The position numbers and the translations under genes are program-made. A stretch of DNA of 25,637 bases from Candidatus Omnitrophota bacterium (GTDB taxonomy: Bacteria; Omnitrophota; Omnitrophia; Omnitrophales; Aquincolibacteriaceae), in NCBI GenBank assembly GCA_043803685.1, contig JAZDJU010000008.1:1-25637 (forward strand). The letters run 5' to 3'. Every line of letters starts with the position of its first letter. The first letter of the stretch is position 1. Shown here in pieces: positions 16,844-24,987 of the stretch. The notes beneath the pieces were generated by a model, which was given only the letters and a program-made list of their open reading frames with translations, was not told the origin of the DNA and ran no database searches.

Positions 16844-18037
16844 ATGAAAGCGATCCCGATAGCGGAGAATATCTGGTGGGTGGGGGCGATCGATTGGAAT
16901 GCCCATCATTTTCACGGGCAGACCTTTACCACGAAGCGTGGAACGACGTACAACGCTTACCTGATCGTGGACGAGAAGATCACGCTCATCGATACGGTCT
17001 ACGGCCCTTTTACGGAGGAGATGCTTCAGAGGATCCGGAGCGTGGTGCCGCCTGAGAAGATCGACACCATCATCGCCAACCACATCGAACCCGATCATTC
17101 GCAGGCGCTCCCCGCCCTCGTCAAACTTTGTCCCAAGGCCAAAGTTTACGGGCGCGCGCGCGCCGGTCAGGGACTCGAGCGCTATTACGGGCAGAAGTTC
17201 AATTTTCAGGCTGTGAAGACCGGGGACCGGTTGAGCCTTGGGAAACGGACGCTTCAGTTCATCGAGATCCCGATGATCCACTGGCCGGACAGCATGATGA
17301 GCTATCTCATCGAAGACCAGACGCTTTTCTCCAACGATGCCTTTGGCCAGCATTACGCCACAAGCGAGCGTTTTGACGACGAAGTGCCGCAGGAGACCTT
17401 GATGGAGGAAGCTGGGAAATATTACGCCGGCATTCTGTGGCCGTTCAGTCATCTGATCCTCCAACGTCTCGCCGAGATCGAGAAAATGGGTATTCCGATC
17501 AAGACGATCCTGACCTCGCATGGCCTTAGCTGGCGCAAGAACCCGGGCAAGATCATCGAGGCCTATAAACGTTGGGGCGCGAACACCACGATGCCTAAGA
17601 TCGTCATTGCCTATGAGACGATGTGGGGTTCCACCGCGAAAATGGCGCAGAAGATCGCCGACGGAATCCAGGACGCGGGCGTGAAGTTCGAGCTTTATGA
17701 TATGGCTCAGTCGGACCGCACGGAAGTGATCCACGACATGCTCGACGCGAAGGCCTTCATCGTGGGTTCTTCGAACCACGACAGCGGCATTCTGCCGAAC
17801 ATGACGTCTTTTATGGAATTCCTGAAAGGCCTGCATCCGAAGAATCGCATCGGCTGCGCCTTTGGCTCCTACGGCTGGTCTGGGGTCGCGATCCAGTCGC
17901 TCCAGAACACGCTCGCAGCCGCGGGAGTGGAGATCGTCCAACCTCTGCTTTCGGTGATCTACGCGCCGGATGAGGCGCAGCTCACCGCCTGCTACGAACT
18001 TGGCAAGAAAATGGCGCAACTTGTTCTCAATAAATAA
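16844..18037 (+). CDS. fprA: Class A flavodiiron protein (NO/O2 reductase)
   Basis: GTTYNAYLI, NHIEPDHS, HWPDSM, FSNDAFGQH and SHG (diiron ligands); flavodoxin domain YETMWGST and FGSYGWSG. Start moved to ATG 16844 (GGAGG at 16829-16833). Confidence 0.95.
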   Translation: MKAIPIAENIWWVGAIDWNAHHFHGQTFTTKRGTTYNAYLIVDEKITLIDTVYGPFTEEMLQRIRSVVPPEKIDTIIANHIEPDHSQALPALVKLCPKAKVYGRARAGQGLERYYGQKFNFQAVKTGDRLSLGKRTLQFIEIPMIHWPDSMMSYLIEDQTLFSNDAFGQHYATSERFDDEVPQETLMEEAGKYYAGILWPFSHLILQRLAEIEKMGIPIKTILTSHGLSWRKNPGKIIEAYKRWGANTTMPKIVIAYETMWGSTAKMAQKIADGIQDAGVKFELYDMAQSDRTEVIHDMLDAKAFIVGSSNHDSGILPNMTSFMEFLKGLHPKNRIGCAFGSYGWSGVAIQSLQNTLAAAGVEIVQPLLSVIYAPDEAQLTACYELGKKMAQLVLNK

Positions 18038-18115
18038 TTTATTGGAAACAAGTGCAGCACTAAGCGGTCTATTGAATTTTTATCGGTAGCTCAGTGCGGT
18101 GCTCGTTCTCGTGCG

Positions 18116-18150
18116 AAGGGGACAGACAGTCACTTAATGTCTGTCCCCTT
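18116..18150. repeat. Perfect 13-bp inverted repeat (GGGGACAG...CTGTCCCC type; REP-like or terminator)
   Basis: AAGGGGACAGACA-GTCACTTAA-TGTCTGTCCCCTT, just upstream of the nitroreductase SD AAGGAGGT. Confidence 0.65.
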
Positions 18151-18169
18151 TAAAACAAGGAGGTAACCC

Positions 18170-18664
18170 ATGGAAACCTTTGACGCCCTTGCGAAACGCG
18201 CCAGCGTTCGCGATTATATGAACCAGCCGGTCTCCAAAGACATGCTGGAGAAGCTGATTGACGCCGGACGGCGCGCGCCGAGTGCCCGCGCTGTGGAACC
18301 CTGGGAATTTGTGGCGATCACCGAGCGTGCCACACTCGACAAACTCGCCTCGATCATCAGCACCGGAGTGTTCCTGAAACAAGCGACGGCCTGTGTGGTG
18401 GTTTTCTGCCAGGACACGAAGTACTACCTCGAGGACGGGTCGGCGGCGACGGAGAATATCCTGCTCGCGGCGACGGATCTGGGACTTGGCACTTGCTGGA
18501 TCGCGGGTGACAAGAAAGAATATTGTGAAGAGGTCTCAAAACTTCTCGGCGCGCCAACGCACCTGAAGCTCATCAGCCTGATCTCTGTGGGCTTTGCTGT
18601 GCGAGAGCCCAAGCAGCGTAAACGCCGCACCCTTTCCGAAGTTCTTCACTGGGAAAAGATCTGA
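18170..18664 (+). CDS. Nitroreductase family flavoprotein
   Basis: KRASVRDY, APSARAVEPWEF, ENILLAATDLGLGTCWI. Strong SD AAGGAGGT. Confidence 0.93.
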   Translation: METFDALAKRASVRDYMNQPVSKDMLEKLIDAGRRAPSARAVEPWEFVAITERATLDKLASIISTGVFLKQATACVVVFCQDTKYYLEDGSAATENILLAATDLGLGTCWIAGDKKEYCEEVSKLLGAPTHLKLISLISVGFAVREPKQRKRRTLSEVLHWEKI

Positions 18665-18736
18665 CATCGTAAAATTTAGTGTAGGTAGGTTGTAAATGGT
18701 TTTATAGATTTGTCGAAAATGAAATCAGGGGGATCT

Positions 18737-19267
18737 ATGAGTGGACATCATTGTTTGTACTATGATTCTTTAAAGGATCTGTGCGGTGTTGTGGCCAGCT
18801 TTTTAAGGGATGGGATCCGTAAGAACATGCTTTGTTTATGGATTCTTCCTGGAGGACTGGACGCTGAAGCCGCGAAGGTGGCTTTGAGAGAGAGTCTGGG
18901 GGATCTGGATCAATATGTCGGATCGGGTCAATTGGAGATCAGGGAGTTCCACGATTGGTACACTCGCTCAGGAGCATTCAACCCGGAAGAGACACTGAAG
19001 GCTTGTGGCCAAAAAGAGAGCGAGGCTTTGGCTCGGGGTTTTAGCGGTCTTTGCGTGATCGGCGATGGCTCCTGGCTTTTGAGAGAAGATAGGGAAAAGC
19101 TCCTGACCTACGAAAGCGTTGCTGCAGAAGTCATTTCCCAAAGCAAGATCACCGCCTTATGCACTTACGCGACCGAAAAACTCAGTGAAGAAGAGCGGCG
19201 GATCATGAGCCAGCATCACGACGTGAGTATTTCCCATCGTCACGGCACACTGGCCATTTCCAACTGA
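18737..19267 (+). CDS. Stand-alone MEDS (DcmR-like) sensory domain protein
   Basis: GHHCLYYDS, FLRDGI...CLWI, GQLEI...WY...G.F, ALARGFSGLCVIGDGSW, LLTYES, ALCTY, QHHD match the MEDS pattern. Start at ATG 18737 after AGGGGG. Confidence 0.82.
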   Translation: MSGHHCLYYDSLKDLCGVVASFLRDGIRKNMLCLWILPGGLDAEAAKVALRESLGDLDQYVGSGQLEIREFHDWYTRSGAFNPEETLKACGQKESEALARGFSGLCVIGDGSWLLREDREKLLTYESVAAEVISQSKITALCTYATEKLSEEERRIMSQHHDVSISHRHGTLAISN

Positions 19268-19385
19268 ACAAGGCGAGTCGGTGATCTGGAGATGCTGACC
19301 CTTTTAAACAGATCCTTCCTCCGAAGAAACGATCGATTCGTCAAAGGACAAAGACACTGCGATTTCAAAAACGGGGGATGTGGCG

Positions 19386-20462
19386 ATGCTGAGTAAGACG
19401 CTGACGATCATGTTTATCGATCTGCAAGGCTACACTTCTCTGACATCCCAGAATACCCGGGAAGAACACCAGCTTTTCATCACCGAGATCCATGCCTTCG
19501 TGGAGAAGCACGCTCAGAGTAAGCGCGGGCGTCTTGTCAAAACCATGGGGGACGGGTTCTTGATTACTTTCGAATCGCCCACGGACGCGATCAATTGCGG
19601 CCTGGCGATCCAGGAAGAGATCGGCCGGCGGAACATGAATGTCCTCGACGAAAGCCATTGGTTGCGGCTTCGGGTCGGGATCAGCACAGGCGAGGTGAGT
19701 GTTGATGAAAATAACGATGTGTACGGGGACGCGGTCAATATCGCGGCGAGGATCGAAAAACGCTGTGACCCCAACGAGGTGTTCATTTCGGAATCCACTT
19801 ACCTGGCGATGAACCGTTCGGAAGTCAACGCGCTGGACCTGGGAGCGTTAAAATTCAAGAATGTGACCGAAGACGTCAGGGTCTTCAAGATCCTGAAAGA
19901 GAAAAAGATCCCTGGAGAGGTTCCGGGATCCCGTTCGAGCCTTTCTGTGAAAGGGTGGATAATCGCCGGCGGGGTCGCGGTCCTTCTGATCGTGGTTGCC
20001 GGCTTGTTTTTCGCCGGCAGAGCGGGAAAAACTTCTGTCAAACCATCGTCGCCCGGAGATAAGCGGGTCTCGATGAATCCGATGGACTCCTGCCGGGAAA
20101 ATGTCGAGCGCTATTGCGGGGACGTGCAGCCCGGAGAAGGGCGCATCATCCGGTGCCTGAAGGAACACTCCAGCAGTTTGGATCCAGCCTGTGCCAGCAC
20201 TTTATCTCAGGGAGAAAACCGCGCGGGAGTGGGAGCTCGTTCACCGTCTCAATCGTCAGGCGATGCACCGCAACCGTTTTTAGGCCAGGGAGAAAACGCC
20301 CGTGAAAAGGGTAAGGATTTCCTGAGCTCCTGCGATGAAGAGGTCCGGAATTATTGTGGATCAGTACAACACGGCGGCGGGCGGATCGTCCAGTGCCTCA
20401 AAGAAAATGTCAGCCAGTTAAGCCGTACCTGCCAGGAAGCCCTTCCAGAGGACATGAAATAA
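19386..20462 (+). CDS. Class III adenylate/guanylate cyclase with one TM helix and two C-terminal Cys-rich (GLG1-like) repeats
   Basis: MFIDLQGYT, VKTMGDGF, RVGISTGEV, DVYGDAVNIAARIE; TM segment WIIAGGVAVLLIVVAGLFFA; two C-X7-C-X12-C-X11-C repeats. Start is ATG 19386 (SD GGGGGA at 19373-19378) or GTG 19380. Confidence 0.88.
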   Translation: MLSKTLTIMFIDLQGYTSLTSQNTREEHQLFITEIHAFVEKHAQSKRGRLVKTMGDGFLITFESPTDAINCGLAIQEEIGRRNMNVLDESHWLRLRVGISTGEVSVDENNDVYGDAVNIAARIEKRCDPNEVFISESTYLAMNRSEVNALDLGALKFKNVTEDVRVFKILKEKKIPGEVPGSRSSLSVKGWIIAGGVAVLLIVVAGLFFAGRAGKTSVKPSSPGDKRVSMNPMDSCRENVERYCGDVQPGEGRIIRCLKEHSSSLDPACASTLSQGENRAGVGARSPSQSSGDAPQPFLGQGENAREKGKDFLSSCDEEVRNYCGSVQHGGGRIVQCLKENVSQLSRTCQEALPEDMK

Positions 20463-20603
20463 GGGAAAGCCTCTTGTTCATTCAAAGAGAAATAGGGTGC
20501 AAAGGCGGGGGTTTTCACGTATAGTACGCCATCAAAAATGATGTTCTCCTCTGGGGCGCTTTGTCCTGGGGGACGCGGCAGCATAACAGGGAGATTCACC
20601 GTA

Positions 20604-20804
20604 ATGGCCAAAGGTAAAGTCAAGTGGTTCAACAATCAAAAAGGTTATGGATTCATCACGCCTGAGAATGGCGCCGATGTGTTTGTCCATCACACTGCGA
20701 TCCAGGGCGAAGGTTATAAGTCATTGGAAGAAGGTCAGGCTGTGGAGTTCGAGATCACCAAAGGTCCCAAGGGTGATCAGGCAGTCAACGTCGTCAAGGC
20801 GTAA
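20604..20804 (+). CDS. cspA: Cold-shock protein (CspA family)
   Basis: [18 protein letters not shown]...DVFVHHTAI...GYKSLEEGQ...[10 protein letters not shown]; 66 aa from ATG 20604. Paralog identity is not resolved. Confidence 0.95.
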   Translation: MAKGKVKWFNNQKGYGFITPENGADVFVHHTAIQGEGYKSLEEGQAVEFEITKGPKGDQAVNVVKA

Positions 20805-20819
20805 AAGTCCTCAAAGCTC

Positions 20820-20854
20820 AGGGCCCGGTCCCAAAACCGGGTCCTAGTTTTTTT
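20820..20854 (+). terminator. Intrinsic terminator after the csp gene
   Basis: AGGGCCCGGT-CCCAAA-ACCGGGTCCT stem (one G-U pair), then AG and a T7 run. Confidence 0.82.
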
Positions 20855-20984
20855 GGTTTAAAGTGCAGTTCTTCTTTTCACCTCCTAGGCGCATTAAGAA
20901 ACGGGGTTCTTTGTCTCTGCCCTGATCTTGTTACGTGAAGGTAGCCAAAACTATCCTGGCTTTTAAAATTTTGAATAAGGATCT

Positions 20985-22838
20985 ATGACCACCCAGAAAA
21001 GACGTAAAGATGTCCGTAATGTCGCGATTGTCGCTCACGTGGACCACGGGAAAACCACTTTGGTCGACGCCCTTTTAAAACAGAGTGGCGCCTACAAGTT
21101 CGAGGCCGGGGAGTCCACGATCATGGATTCGAACGACCTGGAACGCGAACGCGGGATCACGATCTTTTCGAAGAATGCTTCGTTCCGCTACAAGGACGTG
21201 CAGTTTAATATCGTCGACACACCGGGCCACGCCGATTTCGGCAGTGAAGTGGAACGCATTCTCAAGATGGTCGACGGCGTTCTGCTTCTCGTGGATGCTT
21301 ACGACGGGCCGATGCCCCAGACGAAATTTGTTTTGAAGAAATCCCTCGCGCTACATCTCAAGCCGATCCTCGTGGTTAATAAAGTGGACCGTCCGAATTG
21401 CCGGCCGAACGAAGTGATGGATATGACCTTCGATCTTTTTTGCGAGTTGAACGCTACTGACGAGCAGCTGGATTTTCCGGTGGTGTTCGCCTCAGGGAGA
21501 GAAGGCTGGGCCGCGCTCGATCTCAAGGACGAGCGGAAAGACATGACCCCACTTCTCGAGACGATCCTGCATCGTGTGTTGCCGCCGGTCGCCGACACCG
21601 AGCAGCCGTTCCAGATGCTCGTGACCATGCTCGATTATGATAATTATGTGGGGCGTATCGCCATTGGCCGCATTGCCCACGGACAGATCCGTTACGGCGA
21701 TCCCATGGTCGTCGTGAAGCAAAGCGGGGAAGTGATCCGCGGCAAGGTGACCAAGATCCTGAAGTATCAGGGTCTCAAACGGATCGAGGCCCAGGAGGCG
21801 TTGGCGGGAGATATTATTTCCATTAGCGGGATCGATGATGTGAAGGTTGGGGAGACGCTAGCTTCTCCGGATAAGCCGGAAGCGCTGCCGACGATGAAGA
21901 TCGACGAGCCCACGATCTCGATGAATTTTTCTCATAACACCAGTCCGCTTGCCGGGAAAGACGGCGGCCGATTCCTGACTTCGCGCCACATTCGCGACAG
22001 GCTCGCGCATGAAGCGATGATGAATGTCGGGGTTAAGGTGGAAGAGGTGGAAGGCGGGGAACGTTTCAAGGTGTCGGGGCGCGGGGAATTGCATCTTGCG
22101 ATCTTGATCGAGACGATGCGCCGCGAAGGTTACGAGTTGGAGGTCTCGCCGCCGAAAGTGATCGTGAAAACGATCGACGGAGAACTCTACGAGCCGGTGG
22201 AGGAAGTGACTGTGGAAGTGGATCCCGGTTATCAGGGCGCTGTGATCGAGGCGCTCGGGAAACGCCGTGCCGAGATGAAGCATATGAACATGAGCGCGGT
22301 GGGCGGAACGGTCCGCATGGAATTCCTCGTCGCGTCGCGGGCCCTTTTGGGTTTCCGTAATGAATTTATGGTCATGACACGCGGGACGGGCATGATGTAC
22401 CAGAATTTTTTTGAGTATCAGCCGTTCAAGGGCGAGATGCCCGAACGTCAATCCGGCGTGCTGGTCTCTCAGCTAGACGGAAAAGCGGTCGCGTATTCCC
22501 TTTGGGGTCTTCAGGAACGCGGGGAGATCTTTGTCCAGCCGGGTACCATCCTCTACGAGGGGATGATCATTGGCGTTAACAATAAAGGGCATGACCTTGT
22601 CGTGAACGCGATCCGGGAGAAGAAACAAACCAACATGCGATCCTCCGGCGCCGATGAAGCGATCCAGCTGATCACGCCCCGGGAAATGACGCTGGAGTTT
22701 GCACTCGAATTTATCGATGAGGACGAACTTGTGGAAATTACGCCCAAGAACGTCCGGCTGCGCAAACGGTATCTGACGGAGAACGATCGCAAGGCCATGG
22801 CGCGCGTGGCCGTGGGCAAGCGGCTGGGGTCGTCGTAG
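20985..22838 (+). CDS. typA: Translational GTPase TypA/BipA
   Basis: AHVDHGKTT, ERERGIT, DTPGHADF, NKVD, GRGELHL, ETMRREGYE, TNMRSSG, ELVEITPKNVRLRK. Confidence 0.98.
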   Translation: MTTQKRRKDVRNVAIVAHVDHGKTTLVDALLKQSGAYKFEAGESTIMDSNDLERERGITIFSKNASFRYKDVQFNIVDTPGHADFGSEVERILKMVDGVLLLVDAYDGPMPQTKFVLKKSLALHLKPILVVNKVDRPNCRPNEVMDMTFDLFCELNATDEQLDFPVVFASGREGWAALDLKDERKDMTPLLETILHRVLPPVADTEQPFQMLVTMLDYDNYVGRIAIGRIAHGQIRYGDPMVVVKQSGEVIRGKVTKILKYQGLKRIEAQEALAGDIISISGIDDVKVGETLASPDKPEALPTMKIDEPTISMNFSHNTSPLAGKDGGRFLTSRHIRDRLAHEAMMNVGVKVEEVEGGERFKVSGRGELHLAILIETMRREGYELEVSPPKVIVKTIDGELYEPVEEVTVEVDPGYQGAVIEALGKRRAEMKHMNMSAVGGTVRMEFLVASRALLGFRNEFMVMTRGTGMMYQNFFEYQPFKGEMPERQSGVLVSQLDGKAVAYSLWGLQERGEIFVQPGTILYEGMIIGVNNKGHDLVVNAIREKKQTNMRSSGADEAIQLITPREMTLEFALEFIDEDELVEITPKNVRLRKRYLTENDRKAMARVAVGKRLGSS

Positions 22839-22898
22839 TTCCAGAGCGTTTTTTGTTTTTGAAACAATGAAAACTCAAACACATCGAAAGGAGTTACG

Positions 22899-23558
22899 AT
22901 GAAAAAATGGTTCCTGCTTTCTTATTGTCTTCTTCTCGCGGGGTGCGCGGGCCAGACGTCTGTCACCTCCGATTCCAAGACGCAACCCGTAATACCTGTT
23001 CCCAATGCCGTGACCGCCACTCCAACCCAGCCTGTAACACCCGTTCCAAAGGTTCTAGCCGCCACTCCAACCCCTGAAACAGCAAAGGACACCACTATTG
23101 TGAAGATCAAGATCGAGACGACGATGGGAGATATTTACGCGGACCTTTATCAAGCGGATGCGCCGAAGACGGTCGAGAATTTTGTGACGCTCGCCAAGAA
23201 GGGTTTTTATGACGGGATCATTTTTCACCGTGTTATTCCGGATTTCATGATCCAGACCGGCGACCCGACGGGCACCGGTACGGGCGGTCCCGGTTACCAG
23301 TTTGCGGACGAGTTCTCTCCGAAATTGCGCCATGACAAACCGGGCGTGCTTTCGATGGCGAATTCCGGACCCGGCACGAACGGAAGTCAGTTCTTCATCA
23401 CCGAAGTGGCGACCCCATGGCTTGATAATCGCCACTCCGTTTTCGGTCAAGTGACCGGAGGTATGGACGTGGTGCTCGCGATCTCCAAGGCTCCTCGGGA
23501 TCGTCAGGACAAACCGGTCCAGAAGATCGCGATGAACAAGGTCGTCGTTCTTTCGTAG
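22899..23558 (+). CDS. Cyclophilin-type peptidyl-prolyl isomerase, predicted lipoprotein
   Basis: Lipobox LAGC (residues 13-16), Pro/Thr linker, then [49 protein letters not shown]. Confidence 0.94.
   Translation: MKKWFLLSYCLLLAGCAGQTSVTSDSKTQPVIPVPNAVTATPTQPVTPVPKVLAATPTPETAKDTTIVKIKIETTMGDIYADLYQADAPKTVENFVTLAKKGFYDGIIFHRVIPDFMIQTGDPTGTGTGGPGYQFADEFSPKLRHDKPGVLSMANSGPGTNGSQFFITEVATPWLDNRHSVFGQVTGGMDVVLAISKAPRDRQDKPVQKIAMNKVVVLS
22980..23069 (+). repeat. Imperfect 45-bp tandem duplication in the PPIase linker
   Basis: [15 protein letters not shown] / [30 protein letters not shown] occurs twice, 45 nt apart. Confidence 0.85.
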
Positions 23559-23623
23559 TTTTTTAAAAAAGCTTTTGTCCCACGGCGGAGGCGCTCCGGC
23601 GCTTTCGCCGCAGGGAGGTCTTG

Positions 23624-24871
23624 ATGCGGCAAGTTTCATGGGATGTGATCATCATTGGCGCAGGTCCAGCCGGTCTTATGGCCGCGATCCCTTGCGCCAC
23701 AGGCGGGCTTCGAACGCTCATTCTTGATTCCCAACCAACGATCGGGGCCAAACTCCTTATCTCCGGCGGCGGCCGCTGCAATGTGACGAATGTCGAGGTC
23801 ACCGAAAACGATTATCAGTCCGGCGCGCCGCGTACCGTGCGCAATATCCTCCGCGCTTTTCCTCCTGAACGCACCCTGACCTTTTTCAAGGAGATCGGTG
23901 TCGAGATGGTTCTGGAGGAGGGGACGAAATACTTTCCCCGGGAACAGTCCGCGAAATTCCTGCTCCAGGCCCTGCTTCAGATTTCATGCCGGGTGGGTGT
24001 CATTATCCAAACGGGGAAAAAAGTCAAATCGGTCTCCAAAGACGACCAGATCTTTCATGTCTCGGGAGAAGGTTTTGAACATACCGCCCGGACGCTTGTG
24101 ATCGCGACGGGCGGGCTCTCCTATCCGGGAACCGGGAGTGACGGCTCGGGTTACGTTCTCGCGAAGTCGCTTGGACACAAGATCACTTCCACCACGCCCG
24201 CGCTCACGTCTCTCATCACCGATGACGCCGAATGGAAAACGCTTGCGGGGATCACGCTTCCGGTAGGCCTTTCCATTCTCGCGGACGGAAAAAAGATCGC
24301 CCAAAGCAAAGGGGCGTTGCTTTTTACGCACACCGGGTTCAGCGGACCCGCGGCGCTCGATATCAGCGGACCGTGGCTGCGCACCGACGCGAGAGAAAAA
24401 AATCTGTCTGTGAATTTTCTTCCGGACCGGCGGGAGTCGGATCTTCCGGCGGAATGGACTCGTTGGAACGAGGAGTATCCGGACCGCGGCTGGAAACGGC
24501 TTTTAACGCTGTATTTTCCGGAACGTCTTGCGGAAGTGCTTCTCAAAAAGGCCGGGATCGATCCTCAATCGCGTTTTGATCAGATCTCCAGGATCGAAAG
24601 GGAATCGTTGATCCGTCTTCTTTTCAATTTCCCGCTTCGCGTGAGCGGCGCGCATGGGTTCGAAAAGGCTGAGGTGACTTCGGGCGGGGTGAATCTTGAA
24701 AAAGTGGATCCCAAGACACTGGAATCGACCGTATGCCCCCGCCTTTTTTTCGCGGGGGAGGTCCTGGATGTGGACGGGCGCATTGGCGGATTCAATTTTC
24801 AGTGGGCCTGGGCGAGCGGGACCGTGGTCGGCCGGACGATCGCCGAAGGATCCTCGAGCAATCAAGCCTGA
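23624..24871 (+). CDS. HI0933/YhiN (BaiN/RdsA-like) NAD(P)/FAD-dependent oxidoreductase
   Basis: IIGAGPAG, KLLISGGGRCNVTN, ATGGLSYPGTGSDGSGY, LFTHTGFSGPA, AEVTSGGV, GEVLDVDGRIGGFNFQWAWASG. SD GGGAGG at 23613-23618. Confidence 0.94.
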   Translation: MRQVSWDVIIIGAGPAGLMAAIPCATGGLRTLILDSQPTIGAKLLISGGGRCNVTNVEVTENDYQSGAPRTVRNILRAFPPERTLTFFKEIGVEMVLEEGTKYFPREQSAKFLLQALLQISCRVGVIIQTGKKVKSVSKDDQIFHVSGEGFEHTARTLVIATGGLSYPGTGSDGSGYVLAKSLGHKITSTTPALTSLITDDAEWKTLAGITLPVGLSILADGKKIAQSKGALLFTHTGFSGPAALDISGPWLRTDAREKNLSVNFLPDRRESDLPAEWTRWNEEYPDRGWKRLLTLYFPERLAEVLLKKAGIDPQSRFDQISRIERESLIRLLFNFPLRVSGAHGFEKAEVTSGGVNLEKVDPKTLESTVCPRLFFAGEVLDVDGRIGGFNFQWAWASGTVVGRTIAEGSSSNQA

Positions 24872-24987
24872 TGGGGCTTCTGCCGTTACAACGTATACAA
24901 AATTCGTGGTCACGAACGTCTTTTGTGAGTAGATTAGACGTGTTGGACCATTCCTGCACTTACTGAAAAGCCCTAATGGAGTTTTAC

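Noticed and set aside
6949..18019. Long antisense ORFs (6949-7881, 9385-10434, 11171-12229, 12553-13419, 13498-14265, 16811-18019) and similar ones elsewhere
   Set aside because: They are shadows of well-supported + strand genes, expected from GC-rich codon bias, and show no protein family motifs.
18056..18097. Integron attC site
   Set aside because: It lacks the RYYYAAC...GTTRRRY boxes, and there is no integrase or cassette array.
23584..23609. Hairpin GGCGGAGGCGC-TCCG-GCGCTTTCGCC between the PPIase and YhiN genes as a terminator
   Set aside because: No U-tract follows, and it directly precedes the next SD. Its function cannot be supported from sequence alone.
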